A stretch of 62,515 nt of DNA, the filler included, from Nemertoderma westbladi (lineage: Eukaryota > Animalia > Xenacoelomorpha): the NCBI GenBank assembly GCA_032718475.1. It is 3 parts of 3 records of this genome, joined end to end, with 100 filler letters (N's around TTAATTAATTAA, not from the genome) between each part and the next. Parts side by side here need not be neighbours in the genome. Positions count along the whole stretch, not along the records: positions 22,578 to 53,183 come from JAUCBJ010004866.1; 2 more parts are not named here. One strand, given 5' to 3'. The notes beneath the pieces were generated by a model. That model saw only the letters and a list, made by a program, of their open reading frames with translations, ran no database searches and was not told the DNA's origin. A program made the translations under genes and the position numbers. Shown here piece by piece: positions 36,807 through 52,220 of the stretch (the stretch's first letter is position 1; each line of letters starts with the position of its first letter).

Positions 36807-39800
36807 TCTTATTGACTTTGGTATTTTGACAGAGTTGGCTGTTGCTATTACATGGTAGATTTCAGTGAGGTTGTCATTTTATACAGTTTGTGGCCTGGTT
36901 ATCTGTGTTATACAGTATTTGGTCCTCAATACATCCAGAGGTTACATCAGAAGTTTACAGTAGATTTCACTGAGGTTGACATTTCAAACACTTTGTTAAC
37001 AGCTTATCTGTGTTATATGTGGTTATCAAACATTATGTGTTTACAAGTAAAAGTTTACAGTAATTTTGTTTACCTATGAGAGTTATGGTATATTAAACAG
37101 GCTAATCTGAAGCTCATTTATGGTGATTATCTGCATAATTTACATTTGGTCCACAAAAACAATATCAAACATATCTATGCCCTTAATTCTAACTACAGCA
37201 TATGGAGTAATATTCTTTGAATTTGTTGCTCTTGCGTTTCCATAGCAACCAGATTAAAACAATAATGCATCTCAGATTATTTAGTATTGACCTCATATCA
37301 ACTTTAAGACACTTCTAATAATATCATTATTGTGCCCAGTTGCTGTGAATATAAGCATGCAGAATTCACACAAGTCCCCCACATTTTGATGAAATTTGTC
37401 AAATATTACATTTTATCTTCCAAAAATGACGTCACTGGTGTCACATGTTCCACTTTTCAGATCGAGGCAATATTTCACATTTTTTAACTACTCCCCGAAC
37501 CTCATCATTCCTGAAAGTTGCTGTCCAAAGCAACTTCTAGAACTAACCTTCTCAGTAAGTTAATTCAAACATGTTAATTTCAAAACGTTTTGATGATAAA
37601 TTTATAATAATAATAATATTATTCTTCCCATGGCGGGTATTATAAATGAGGGCGAAGGGCTCAATGTTGATTATAATTGAGGCACCAGTTTGTATTTTGC
37701 ATGCAGTGTAATTAACGTAAGACGATAATGCTGATATCTATAAAAATTAATTTTTATTTGAATTGGGGCGAATCGTGAAAGAGTTGGTTGTCAAGCACGG
37801 ATTAATTTTTGCACTTTGATTCTTCCCCGAAGGGAATTAGTAAACGATTAGGCGAAAGAGCGTGTTACTACATGTAACAATGACAGCACCATTAACTGTG
37901 CTACAGGCTTATCCCTTGCAGCTCGAAATGCGCCTAATACCTAATACACACATAGTCGCAGTGATGGCAGGGGTCACAGATATTCCCAGTTGGGTATATT
38001 TTGATTGATGTCGTGTTCCCTCATATTCTACGCTGCGTGACTTGATTGCATAAAAAACAATGTCATCTGGAAGCGCAACATGTACATACATAAAATATGT
38101 GTAAACGTAATATGTACGAATTAAATTAAATTCTTTTGTTCTTCATTATCTGTGAACATGTCTCAACTGCAGAATGCAGTATAATCAACAATGGATTTAA
38201 ACAATCCATGAAATCGTTATTCCTATATCTTAACTTTCTGAGGGCAATTGACTAATAACAGAAAATATAAATCAAAAATGTAAAATCTGTGCATATTTAT
38301 ACAAACATTAAAATTGTTTTGCAATATAAAAATTGACAGAAATGTATTCATTCATTCTACGATTGATGTCCTTGTAAATTTATGTACAAACTCTGCTTTT
38401 CCTGACTTTTTGTGTATCATGATGTGATTAATCCCTATCATGACTCCTACTTCAACTTCGGCACAACAACACTTTTAGGGCACAACAATACTTTTAGATT
38501 TAAACAGTTAGTGAGATATTGCACCTTGTAAAGACATTCACATTCACCAAAGACACCCGAAGATACAGAAACAGGCAAAGAAAAGTTATTGGATGGCCAC
38601 CACATCTGTTCAAAGTGGGAGATTGCCTGGTCATAGTCATGTACTGTACCAGTTGATCCCTCGGTGATATTAGTGACTGGCTAGAAGTAAAGATGGCATT
38701 GGTAGCGGTAGAGCTGGATTTTAACAATGAGATACCACCATAATTGCAGAGCAACCGATAGCTTATAAGTGCGGCTTCTTGAACATCGTACATCGTATGT
38801 AACAGTCTAGCATATACCAAAAGTATTCAGTGTAATGACCATCACACAGATCTATTGGATAAAAGTCACTTTAAGCAGTTATTCTCCTGTATTTATTTTC
38901 AAAGCCAGGACATGTGGTAGATTGCTTTGTAGATGCAGACATATTTGCTAATTGCCATATCAATAACCCTAATCGAAGTTCTTAACATCTCCTAAGAAGT
39001 GTCACTATAAGTAATGTTATTTATATTGATTGATCAAGTGATGACCATAATCAAATTTTTAAGTAGTTGGTTTTTTGGTTTTGATAAACTTATGAGTAAC
39101 AACTTGTCATCTACTTCAAAGAATAAAAGTTAAAAATCATTGAAAGTATAACTCCGGCGAATGGATATCTTGTATTCCAAGAACATACATAGTTCATCAT
39201 GATTTGAAGATAAATAAGGGCTAATCCTTCCCCTTGAAAGGGAAATCCACAAAACTCAAAATGAGTCTGTTTCTTTATCTGATCTTATGTCATGGATCTG
39301 CCACAATACAAATTGATTTTATCATATATTCCTATAGAATTAAAGTTTCGAGCATACAGGATCATACTGCTTTGGAGGAGTATACAAAAATGACAGCCAA
39401 TTGCCTGTCTTTCTTTGTAGATAGTTCTGTACATTGATGGTCCTTCTGAATTGTTAAAATTACCTCCAAGTGCCTGACATTCATGAAACTATTTTTATTC
39501 CCATACTCGAGTTGTTACACATCATTCCTGATGTGAATTAACTAAATTCTGTTTAATTGCTTTGCTGAGAGATTCCACAATGGCTGTGAGCTTTGAGATT
39601 CCACAATACCAAAGTATGACCAAAAATAAGAGAGGTTACCTTCGTTATTGGGTACTGGAACCAGCAGTTTTGTCTTCAATTCTCGCTGACTTCCTTTTGA
39701 TACCTCTTCTCCACTACTAGTATGGGGTAAAAAAAAGTCATAGGAAATTCATCTACCTTGATGACAACAAGATAAACATTGGTATATTTTGTCATTAACC

Positions 39801-42800
39801 GCTATAAATATTATATCACCAGAAGTGTCCCTGTGCCTGACACAGAATGTGCGATGAAATACTCAGGCATTCCCAAAATACACCAGAGAGATGACACTGT
39901 GGTTTCACCAATTGACCTTTGTAATCGCTGCCTTCACTTTCACACATAGCTATTCAGTACATGTTATGTTATATCCAGGAAATTAATTTTTTTAAATATT
40001 ATATAGATCAGGAAGTGCCCCTTATTTACCAGTATCCACCATCAGTAGCAGATTTAACTTATACAAACTTTTAATCATAATCATTTCCTTCCTCATGCTG
40101 AAAAAGTGTTACTGCATCGCACAGTGGATGAGGTATTCTGCTGCATTATACAATGTTCAAAAAGTTAATTCCTGAGATTTAATTACTTGTTGTTCGCAAT
40201 TAATCATTGACGTATAAGTACAGGGTGCTCCGTTCGAATTATTTAATATCCTCTCCAGATGTAAGATATTTATACAATTAATTGGTGAAGACTTTATACG
40301 GTGGATTTTAAAACGCCACGCACTGAATTTTATAAAGTGCTAAAAAGGTCTTGAAGTAAATTGTTTTATCTACTTTCCTGTCAAGCTATTTAGGCCTCGT
40401 TTTGCTCTAGTTATCAACAGAACTACAGTACTATTTAAAAGGTTTTGTTGTTACGTTTGGATTATATTGGAATATTAGGTAATGATAATGGTCAATGTTT
40501 ATATCTACGTAAACATTGTAAATTTTTTATTATCATCAGATAATGCTATTAGAGTGGCCGCAAGAATTGCTCTATCACCATCCTATAACTCCAATGATGG
40601 GCATTTAATTTAATAGGGAAATCCTGAATTCGGAGTCACGATTCCAATCGAACGCAAATTTGTATTTGCATTCAAGGCATGTACTTCCTCTAGCTGTCTC
40701 TCTCATTACATTGGATTGCCATTACCCTGGGACATACTCTCTAATGAGTTTGTCCAAACCCCCTGGCTCTGATAACTAATGAGAGCACCATTGACTATAA
40801 TAAACAATCATTTACATTTGAAATAAACTCTGTTGTGGGGTGAGGCATGCGAGTTTGTGATGGTGTACACTTTTTACCCACCAACCCTATTAAAAAATAT
40901 TTTTGTTGAAAGAATTCAATGAAGTAATTTTTCCAATATTTTTTTTATCAAATAAGGTTGGTTACCTTGTCTTGCTATTACTGTGAAGACAAAAGGATGA
41001 CAAAATAAATATTGGAACCTAGATGCCTGCAATCACTAATCAACAATTGGAAACATTGAGCTGGTTGGTAGATTTCTCCCTGTGGGAGATTGTGTTCCAA
41101 AGGGTACAAGTCAGTGTTGTTGTGATTTTAATTAACATAATGTAAAGTTTCTGCTCACTTCGCCGTCGTTTACTGTAGATTTGTTTAGTGAATTGGTCAT
41201 CACATATGATATTAAGACGATTCCCTACACTAAAATCATCTTTGTGGCATCAGACTTAAGTAAGACAATAATAACTCAATTAATTAATATTATACAGAAC
41301 GCCATGATATAATACTAAATATTACTGTATTTAACTAATGTAAATACCTACTTAGATAAAACCTTGTATCTGAACCTAGATGACCTGAATCGTGAGTCCT
41401 TGATTTTATGTGGAAAAAGTATATCAGTAGTATAGCCAAAATGCACCAAATCATGATAAATTTATTCACCAAATAACAAACTAAATTTCACAAAACCAAA
41501 TGTCACCAAACCAAATCATATAAAATAAGATCACTAAAAATAAACAGGTTACAGGGGGAGCCAGAAGGAACCAAAACTGTAAACGATGTTAATTTTTGTA
41601 ATAATGCTATCACCGGCTGTCTGTAATATTTATATCTGGAAAAAATGAGTAAATCATTTTGCCAGAGCAATATGGAAAAGTGATAAACTTTTACACAAAC
41701 CATAGATCTGTATTTGCACACCCTTTAAGCCTTTATTTAACAATTGTTGTTAAATTTTCGTAGAAAAAAAACTACGAAACATGTGTGGTGAGTGAAATAT
41801 ATCATTTCACCAGGCCCAAAAAACATAGTTCTGCCACTAGACTGATGTGGGCCGAACCACGAAGTCTACATGGAACTTTGCGTACCCGTATAATTTGTGG
41901 ATTTCTGTAGTACCTCAGTCGATTGGCCGCTGGGGGGAGAATTGTGAGAAATCTAAAAGTACTGTAGCTAAAATTAAGGAACCAACTACCAGATTCCTCT
42001 GAAATTTGGTTGGAATAACCTGGTCTGCTGCGTGTAATTCCCCCAATCATGTATGTAGGTATGGCTACAGTGTACATAGTACAGCAATTTGGAGAACACC
42101 ACAAACCTTCACCAATCAGCCTACAGTGCGACTTATTAGTGGTTGCATGCATTGTTTCTATGTTATTGTACAGTATGTTTTATTATCATAGTTCTGTCCT
42201 TGCTAATACCTACCACGCTACCATTAAGGTTTTTTGATTTTCCCCCTGTAAATTTCACAAGCAAAACAATAACATTATAAGCTGATATAATTCAAATAGC
42301 ATGACCAATTCAAAACCAATACTTGATCAATTCAATATTTTTGTCAAAGATTTGTACTTCTGTAAACCACATTATAATAGCTGTTATGTGAACACACGTA
42401 CATAATTCGGTACATCACTTATAAGTAGATTGTAGTACCATAGTATAGTAATAAATTGGCTATCTGAACGCCATCTCTAAATATCTGGCCAATATATATT
42501 TTCCAACTTCAGAATTCCATGTTTCTGTGTGCAAAAGCGGAATGCTTGCACAAATAACTGTATATTTCGTGTGCTCTGCTCTACAGAAGACTTGACCAAA
42601 GATTCAACATTACCAATCCATTTTCACTCATTTTGAAAGTCGTTTAATTTAATTGGGAATCCAGGACTTCCATAAAATGGTAATTAAATTTTTTATAACT
42701 TATTTAGAGACATAAAGTTTGCTGTATGTATGACGCATCACGAAATTACACAGTGTTAAAGCGGTTTTGCATAATATAGCTCAATATATTTAAGGTGTGT

Positions 42801-45800
42801 AGTCCTACATTATTGCATTGCATACATTAGTTTGAGCATTTCTTATCTCTGGGCTGGCGGATCAGCCCCCTTCCGTTCCCCAGTGTCAAATACTGAGTTA
42901 ATATTCATGATCTAACCAACCCAAAAGGTTAACATTACTATCATTTACATTGCGATCGTATTAATTCCATTGGGAAAGTCTCTTTGCACCACATCACCAC
43001 ATCTCTGCATCACACAACATCCTTCAGTTGATTCCACGTCCCTTCTTGAAGACTCAATAAGGAAGAAGGATTGACAACATGGGAACTACAGTAATCGTAT
43101 TTTTTTTAGATCATATATTTAAAATTTCATATTGGGGACTTTAAAATGGGTGGAAAAAAAGGTGCTTTAATAAATCTTTCGCAGGTTTTGGAACTATTCT
43201 CATCCTTAGAGACTGAAGTTGAATAAAGAATAAGGAAGCCTACACTTCAAATACACATACAAATTGTTAGTCGTATAGCAGGTTAATGTTGACAAGCTGC
43301 TTTGCTTTGAATAGTGTATATTATTATGCAGCATGTAATTATTATATACTGTACCTTGTATCCTGCAGCTAAACCAACGCGGAATGAAGATGACCTACCG
43401 ATTCCCATTAACATCGGGTTTCATGCAATTAAAATATTCCTTGGTTTCCGTTGTTCGTGCCACTATATCAGTCATGGTCCCAATTGATGCCGGTCGTGGA
43501 GGTTCGTCATGGCACTAATTCTCAGAGCAATGAGTATTGAGTGGTAAATTATTCAAATGTAATTGGGGTTCGTTCACACAAAATTACTACAGAGTAATGG
43601 CTCAACTCACTCACATGAAAGTAAATTATGACTTGATAGTCTTCATTAACCACATATCCATAATAGTTTTCCATCATATGTGCATTAATGTTGCGTCATT
43701 ACACATACTACACATACTGTAGCAATTGAAATGTGTCCGCTTATGCTATACATACAGTACATGCATACAGCGCAGCCTGCATTTTGAACCGATAAGATAT
43801 AAAACTAAGTGGCATCGTAAATCGAAAGCCTTCATCACCTGTGATGAGCTGTCAGACGTTGGCACCCATTGCGATATGCAAATGAATAACATGGGCGGAC
43901 AATTTCGGCAATCGATTGAGAAGAAGGGATGATTTGTAGAGGTTACCGCAATATTATGATACTAATTATACTGTTATAAGGTCTTCTAAAATCTCCCATG
44001 TAGTTGTTTTTGTTAGAAGGCCGTGTACTGTTATCATTAACTGATATGGTTTGAATGTTATATATTTACTTATATATCTGTACTATAGGGTAAATTGCCT
44101 TTCATGTACCACCAATGTTGGAGTATTCACCACAGAGTTTGGTCATCTTCTGCTTCTTGATTAGTGGCCAATCTACTGCAAGCCATCGACGGCGACTGGG
44201 CAACTGGGCCCACCCCCGAGTTACATAGCCTCGTTTAATAACATTACCGCTGCACTGGGCGGCATAAGTTCCACCTACAGTTGTAATGGAATCAATTGGC
44301 CGCCCACTTAAAACAGTAATTCCTTGATAAATATAATTATTTATAATCTAGTTTCATGTTAACGTTTCAAATTAACATGTTGATATCTTATTAATTAGAA
44401 ATTATTCATTTCAATTCCAGCTCTTGGTAACAGTCATCAGTCACCAAAACCAGAATCTGGCCCAGCAGCGCCATTGTCCAGATGAGCCATATTGGGGGGA
44501 ATTCCATTTGCCCAAACATTGAATTTAGCCAGCTGTGTAGTCTGTATAGCAAATCGATATTAATTAGTCATGAAAAAGTCGGAAAAACGGAGTCGGAAAA
44601 ACATGGTACTTCGATGGCACATCACTTCACGATATAGGATGTCATTGTGCGATATGAAACACAGTATGACAGCCATACCAATGTGTACATATAACATATA
44701 ATATACGCATAACAGCTTAGTATGGCCCGCAACGCATGGCCCTGACAAAGCAGGGTTTTTTATGAATGATACTGTACATCCTATATAGCACTGGATAGCA
44801 TGCCATAACTAGGAATTTGAGTTGAGCTGTTAATGCAACTGTAATAATTGTTGATGTAATATTAATATTGAGGTTTTATTCAGAAATTGAAAAAAATGAG
44901 GAAGCACATGACCGGGGGTTGAACCAGCGCCAAGGAATAACTAGAAATAACATGGTATGATACGAATTGACAGACTAATGGCAAAAAGCAAAGATAACGA
45001 GTTTAATGTTTTAATAGAATGAAAAATAACCATAGGAGTCAATTTTCAATGTAGTTCGAGTAAATTGGATTTTGATTATTTGGAAATTGTAAATTAACTT
45101 TTTGTTGTTAAATTCCACTTGGAATAGAATTACAGATACTCGGGCCCTGAAAACTCATGTAATGCTGTCGACTGGAATTGAGATATAGGAAGGGAAGACA
45201 TGAGTGGGTTTTTTTTTTGTGCTACAATACATTATAATTATAATTATACTATTATTACTATAATTACCCAAGTATAATTATACTATGGCTAGTTATATAT
45301 TGGCTTCCGACTCACCCTCTTAATGACAAACACACTTACTTTTGAAAATAGTCGGCCATAGTATAAATGTAACAAGTCGCTGATGGCTCGCAGTTTTGAC
45401 TCGCCACACCTTACTGTAATCTACATAAATAACGACTTAGCCTGTTATTCACGGATATTTTTGTGAGATTAGTTTGAAATTTATAGTAGTTTCAAAGATT
45501 TTTTGAGATAACTGGTAATAGAGAGATAGGTTGGCAATTGTTTCTTTCTGAAGGATCACAGACCCCCTTTATATACAGGAATCACTTTGGCAATCTTGAG
45601 TGTATAGTGTCTGGGAAGAATCATGGTGAAAATATAAGTTAATTATATTGATTAATGTGGATAGATAGCTGTTTAGCAGCAACTGTATTTAGTGTAGAGG
45701 AAAAATGTCATTAAGTTTGCAATTTTAAACAGAATTTTAATAACGTGAATCTTTATGAATTTAACAATTGATATCAGTTAATGAATAAAAACTCTTCCTA

Positions 45801-48127
45801 GAATACAAAGTTAAAATAAATAGCATCACCGACTTGTCACCTCACATCTGGATAGGCCAATCAAAGCAGATTTTCAAAAATTGGCTTCACGTGCATAAAC
45901 CTGCCATGTCGACCACTTCCTAATGTTTTTACAAAAAACACACCCTGCCATTAGAATCAGGGTACTTTGTTATTTTCATCCCAACAATTTTCTCGTGCAA
46001 CAACCCTCCCTATTCACAAGATCTTCTTTCATCATAGGGGTTTTTGATTTAGTTAAATTCTTAATTATAAGTTTGTATATCTAAGAGTTACACGTACATG
46101 TGCTTTATGCCGTGCATGGTAAAAAGTCATAAAGTAATACGCTATATACTGTAGTGTTTCAACCTTTATAACTAATTATATCCCATCCATTCTAAATCCA
46201 TATTAAATCAGATATAAAAAAATGTGGCCTAATAAGTGGATGAATATAAAATGCAATATTATTATTGTTTCATATTTTTATTCATATTACAAAGCTGACT
46301 ATGTTCTGCAAAATCTAATTTACCTTAGCTCCATAAACATAATGTAGCATTGATTCTTATTATTCTGTTGTGTAGCTCCATCGCATTTTCATAACTCTCA
46401 ATGGCTCTTTTTATAGCAAAATGAAATAAATGGAATTGTGTTGATGTATTATGACATATTACTTGTTATTGTGAGCGTTTACTGAATTAAGTAGCTGCTG
46501 AGAGGTCAATTTACAAAATGAGTTATCCCTGCCTGGAACTTAAATCTTACAATTATCACTTTTGCTTGTTAGAGGTTAAAGATATTTCTTGAATTTTTTA
46601 CAAACTAATTAAAGTAGCTCTGCTAAAGGTAATCCAGTCCTTCACCTTCAGTAAGAGGTTTTGGTGTTTGTCAACCCCTTGTGTTTATTAATATTATATG
46701 AGGTAACAAGGTTAGGGATTTACAGGACTAATGGATCAAATTTGAAGGGGAGTATCCTGCTCTATATAATGCTTCATACAGCCCCCTTTGCTAAATACTG
46801 TGAAAAGTGAAATCAGTCAAATTAATAATTCAGAAAAAGATATATATCATATTCACGTACTAATTAATACCGAATATTTATTGCAGTATTGAATTCCACT
46901 ACATTATATTATGTGCAAAGATACTACTGTTACTATGTCGAGTGAGCACGGACAAATCAATTGAGGTCCTTCCTGGTTGCCGATTCTCCTTAGACCCCTT
47001 CCCCTTTCAAGTTGGTTTACCCTCTCCAACAGTGCCCAAAGAATCGTAAAATCCACTCATAATATAGAGTATATGATACTGATGGTATTGTGCTATACAG
47101 ATAGGCGTTTGTTAAAAAAATGTTGTCACTAGCTGATGTTTAGAGCTGCCCTTAGTAGTCTTTTGTAACAACCATCAATTCATTGTTCAAGTTATTTAGT
47201 CATTGTCCAGGTCTCATCCCAATATAAAATTAAACTTTTCACTGTGACTCGAAAGAACTTGGTCTTTAGGTTATGCAAGAGGTCTGCTATAAATTTTCTG
47301 CTGCTTTATACTGGAAGACATCAACGTTCTTTATTTCATTAATATCGATTGTGGCTTCCATTAACAATAAAAATCATATTTTCGGTTTTGGTAGCATTTA
47401 TATGCAATCCAATTTCCTTAGCCAACCTTTCTTTCCACATTGTTCAGTAGAATTTGTTTAGAAGCAATGCCATCAAACACAAAGCCAGTGTATCAGACTG
47501 AATGAGCGGATATCTGCTGCTTTCTACGTTCTAGTAGTGAGAACCAAAGATCTTCAACAGTTATGTTGTGGCTGTGCTAATTGCATAACCCGCTCTGAAT
47601 GTTGGTCATCCCCGTCACGTTTTCCCTGGGATGGCCAGAACCTAGTGACCGTTTACAGCGTCGAAGTTCGCCCAAAAGCTGATCATACTGAATTAGGCTT
47701 TGTAGCTATTCATACATAAACAAAATGTTCTAGAATATGGTATTTTTATTTAATAGAATAAAACAGCCTTGCGCAGGTGCAAAACCATGAAACTTATGAA
47801 CACTCATATCTCAGCTATTTCCCAACCAAACTCAAATATTTTTACATTTTTGGATTCTTGCATGGTTAGCTTTCTATTTCTACCAACAAATCGCGATAAG
47901 GTTCATGAATAACTGCAGTGTAACTGGTGAAATATCACCGGAGACACCTTTTTCAAACGCTTGTAGCTAAAGATTGAAAGCAAAAATACAAATTTTGGCT
48001 CACCCAGCAAGGAGGAGGGAGGTGAACCTATCTCTGTTTCAAATTTCATGCAATCTCAATAAGATTTAAAAAATTGAGGGGGTGGGGTCCAGGTACTTGA
48101 ATAACGACAATATATTCTATGACATGG

Positions 48128-48352
48128 GGTAATCCAGTACAATTACGAATAGTAATGGCGCCAATGTGTCACCTTAACAGCCAGGATTGAGAAGAACTCA
48201 GTTTCACCAACTGGTAAGAGTACCTGAGCTTCTGTGTCACAATATAACAATACAATGCCAGCGACAGTTACTTCCGGTATTCCATAAGTTTGTAGGATTT
48301 CCATCATTTTACCTCTATGGATGGAGTCAAATGCTTTCTTGAAGTTCATAAA
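48128..48352 (-). mobile_element. RTE family B RT fragment
   Basis: NFKKAFDSIHRGKMMEILQTYGIPE...YCDTEAQVL, homologous to 30635-30860. Confidence 0.85.
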
Positions 48353-48869
48353 GATCAGAAATACAGGAAGGCCTTTTCAACCAATCTCTGTAGCACTAGT
48401 ATCTTAGCCATTTCTGATGCTATTTGGTCGAAATCCATATAGCGAAATATATGAAAGCTGAATCTTGAAATATAAGTAACAGACCACAAGCTGCGTCTTT
48501 TTGGGGAAGGTGATTCATCTGCAGTTCTCCAGTCTGCCACAACCTATTTCCATATTACCATAGATTTCAATTTATTCATTTCAATAACACATATTCCCAT
48601 TGCACTTGGAGGTGAAAGATTATAAATTGAGATGATTTTGAGAATGAGGTGAGTTCGCCGGCGCAGCACACCGCTTTTAGAGTATGATGCACTGACTGGG
48701 AATGTGTCAAGATGGAGGTGCTAGGTGCAATGGAGAGGTGGGGAATAGTGCATTTACTTTATAATTGAGTATAAAATTACTATCACTGATTCGATGAGCT
48801 CCGTAATGGTAGTATTTTATTTAAATAACAATTAGGTGTTATATCTTGGTGAGAGACACCAAATAATAA

Positions 48870-49430
48870 ACAAAAAGTATTTTATTTTACGTTTATTTGA
48901 CGTTTATTTTAGGTTGTGGTGTATGAGAGTTGAATATACATTCATTTCAGCAAGTTAATTATATTTATTTATAATATGGATAAAAGGCATTTTTTATATG
49001 AATTGGAGAAGGATGCCTTATTGAGTTTCTGCTTTAGAATTGATGGGATAGAATTCCAAAATGAAGGCCTTGAAAACACATGGCTGATTGTGTGGAAACA
49101 TTGCATTAGTCACAACATGTGGGGTAGCTATGAACGGCCTTGGTAGTGGGATAAGTGTATTCAGTGAAGAATTTTATTATTTTTCTATCTTGAGAGTAGA
49201 AGGGTGGGTTTTACCCCATAGAGGAGGATACCATAAAGTAGGTAAGGATGGGTAAGAGAGGTCTATAGTTGGCATAGTATGTTGAGTGGGAAAATATGGT
49301 GTAGTTTGTCGAAAATCCTGGATATGTTCTAGATACTTGTTTAATTATAGTTTAATCTTTTGCTGTCAGTTTAGAGCATCATTTACTAGAACTCCTACTA
49401 CTAGTAATATAGTCGGCCTGCTGCATTTTA
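48870..49430 (-). mobile_element. Degraded CR1/L2-type LINE 3' fragment
   Basis: Minus strand HPYLLYGILL/WGKT and RPSFWNSIPSILK, followed by an A-rich tail. Confidence 0.65.
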
Positions 49431-51182
49431 ATTACACAATGAGAGGCTATGCTGGCATAACAAAAGTATTTTTTTGCCACCACCATGCAATCCACAATTG
49501 GCAAGCCCAATGCAGCGTACACTAAGAATGCTATGCCGGCTTATCCACGAAGTTGCACCGCCACAACTCCCTATCCCCCGTGACTTTCGCGAGATTATCC
49601 ACAACTTCAAGGCCACTGTCTATTTAAGAGGCATAAATAAAGTCGTTCAAAGTGTAGGTGGCTTTGTTCTAGTCTCAAGCTTGGGGGAACCAATGAGACA
49701 CCTCCAATGTTATATAGTGTCTGGTTGGAGATGTGTGCATTGTACACGTACTTGACACAGTGAACCCGACACGTATCATTCTTGTGAATGTGCGTGCCAT
49801 CTAGAGATTTGGTATCATCAGCAGTTAGAGGCCAACATGGAATCCCATGGATGAGTACTGGTACTACTACTGCTCTAAATAATAATATGGTGGTCCCAAG
49901 TGAAGAATTTAATTAATTTGTTAATTTAGATTCGATAATTCAAAATGAACACGACTTATTTTTCAAAATAGCAAGTAAAATTATAAAAGCCTCATTTATT
50001 GTATCAAAACTTTAATGGGAGCGCAATAATGGGAGGGGAGGGATTTGAGCTAATAGGATAGAACTCGGCAACATGGAACTTGTCATAAAGGGACCGAGTG
50101 AATAGAAACTGCACCATCACGTTCATGGATAACTTTAGCAATCGGATCTATACATAAAATAATTTAATTTGGGATATCCAATGGAAGGTCAATGTCTATG
50201 GAGCTAGATAGTTCACGAAGCATAAAATCAATTATCTCCTGGCAGTGAAATCCAGGATTATTTAAACTGCAATACAAATTGCTCCACTGAAACCGATGCG
50301 ACCAGTTTCCGAAGTATGCGTTGTATTACACCATAATATAGAATAGTTATTTGGCTGGTTCTATATACCTGTATTGCTGCATACCTTCCTATTCATATTA
50401 GAAGATATTTCTGATTAATAATAAAAAAATTTCAAAAAAATTTCATTAAAATATAAAATAACATTTCTTGCTGGTCAACACGCCAACAAAAAACTTGAAA
50501 ATAATAACAATTAGCAAATATATAACAAATAAAGTTTGTTGGAGGAGAGTGAGGCAACTTACTGCTAGTTTGGATAGCCCATGTGACAAATCGAATTGAA
50601 TCGAATTATTAATGTAACGATAAATTACATAGTAAAAAAAAACCATTTACAGTATGTTCTACCATACAATCCTAAACTACCCAGTAGTGCGAGTGGTGTC
50701 CCCGCATTCCCATCCAATTTCCCAAACACATTCATTCATAGCACCACAAAGCTTGTAATGTGTAGCAAGCTATTATTTATTAATTAACTTTATATATATC
50801 TCGACTACGAATAGTTCTTCTTTTAGCTTAGCGATGAAAACAGGATTGCACGGTAGTTTTGTTTTCTAACTACAGTACCTGCTTGCTGCCTGCAAACAAT
50901 ATTGAGTGTGGATGCAGTTCGAATGATTTACGACAAGGTTACAGCAAAATAATGTTTCACGAAGGAACTCTGTAATGTGTCCATTTAGCAGCTAATTATA
51001 CTAAAGGGAACCAGAATAATCATATTGAGGAGGCAGGAGAAATTAATATCTAAGGTGAGAACTAGATTGGACTTCCTCAATAATTAAATTAATTAAAAGG
51101 CTAAAATAATTAATTATGTGTAGGTCTTTCAAAAGGGCGTAATTATAATAATATTAAGTAATAAGTAATAATAAGTATAATA

Positions 51183-51240
51183 ATTATTTCTAGTTCTTTC
51201 TTATCATAAGTACTTATGATAAGAAAGAACTAGAAATAAT
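51183..51240. repeat. Perfect 58-bp palindrome
   Basis: ATTATTTCTAGTTCTTTCTTATCATAAGT is followed directly by its reverse complement. Confidence 0.95.
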
Positions 51241-52220
51241 ATCACTCATAATTTTCTGATTTTTGGAGATTGGTGTGACTTGTTAGATATTTTGTATATT
51301 ATACTGTCCTTAAATAAATACGAAAGAGCCACCCTTTGTTTACTTGTAGGTGGCACCACGTGCAGAAGACACAGTGACATACGGGTGTATTCATGGGATC
51401 GGGTGTATTCATGGGATAAGTCAAATTTAATTAGACAGAAGAACACAACACGTGTTAGTTACTATTTCGTTCAAAATGAAAATACAACAGTTTATGGTTA
51501 AATTGCTTGTTGTCCATTTGTTCTTCATAATTATCAGTTTAGTATAAACACAGTTGAATTGTCAATTATGTGTTAAGTCGGTCTCCAGTGCTATCTATTT
51601 TCGTTCAGTCTGTGAATCGTTTACAAAGTTATTTAGTAGTCAATAAATTTAAAAATAATAATTATGCATACATATAATGTTATGTACCAGTACTTTGCTG
51701 GATAGATAGTATATAATAGTTCGCTAATATAATTGGCAAAGTATCTATTAGAGACTGCCAATTATTAGCAAACTTACATTACTTTCAACCCAAAGTATAT
51801 GTATCGATTGCTTGCAGTATTTAGAAGAACCCACAAATATTTTACCAAGATTGTTTGTTTTGGAATTAAATCTCCAATTCAAACTAATACTAATAATAAT
51901 GTTCACTTAAAATACAGTTAGTGACGTATAATAAAGTCTAGTCACATAGGGATTCATTCCCTAATTATCATGCATCTGGTACGTTTTACTTTCGTTCAAT
52001 GTAACACATCTTATTGCTGAAATATAATTTCCGTTAGAGCAGGTGCTCATTTTATTATTATTATTATTAGAGTTCATATTATAAGGATCACACATTTGAT
52101 TAGTATTTAACATTTATTCCAAACACAGCAACTTTATATCACTCTACTCAAGGGCAACTATAAAATAAAATAAGCCCCACTAGGCCCACTCATAACGGCT
52201 TATGTTATTATTACCACTAA

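Larger units (their letters stand above)
33503..37522 (+). mobile_element. hAT-superfamily (hATm-like) DNA transposon, right tip missing
   Basis: TAGGGTG left terminus. Imperfect inverted repeats of about 310 bp (33542-33850 / 37203-37522) flank a transposase ORF. Confidence 0.85.

Noticed and set aside
38400-39950. Stretch with coding-like composition
   Set aside because: The frames I translated contain stops and no recognisable motif. A translated search would be needed.
44905-44935. B-box-like GGTTCAACCCC on the minus strand (tRNA or SINE)
   Set aside because: No A box or cloverleaf could be built.
48398-48430. PFLMLFGRNP, resembling a gypsy/Ginger integrase C-terminal motif
   Set aside because: Ten residues only, with no supporting integrase motifs in the flanks.
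49474-49755. 93-aa ORF faintly like an RTE endonuclease N-terminus
   Set aside because: The similarity is too weak to support by eye.
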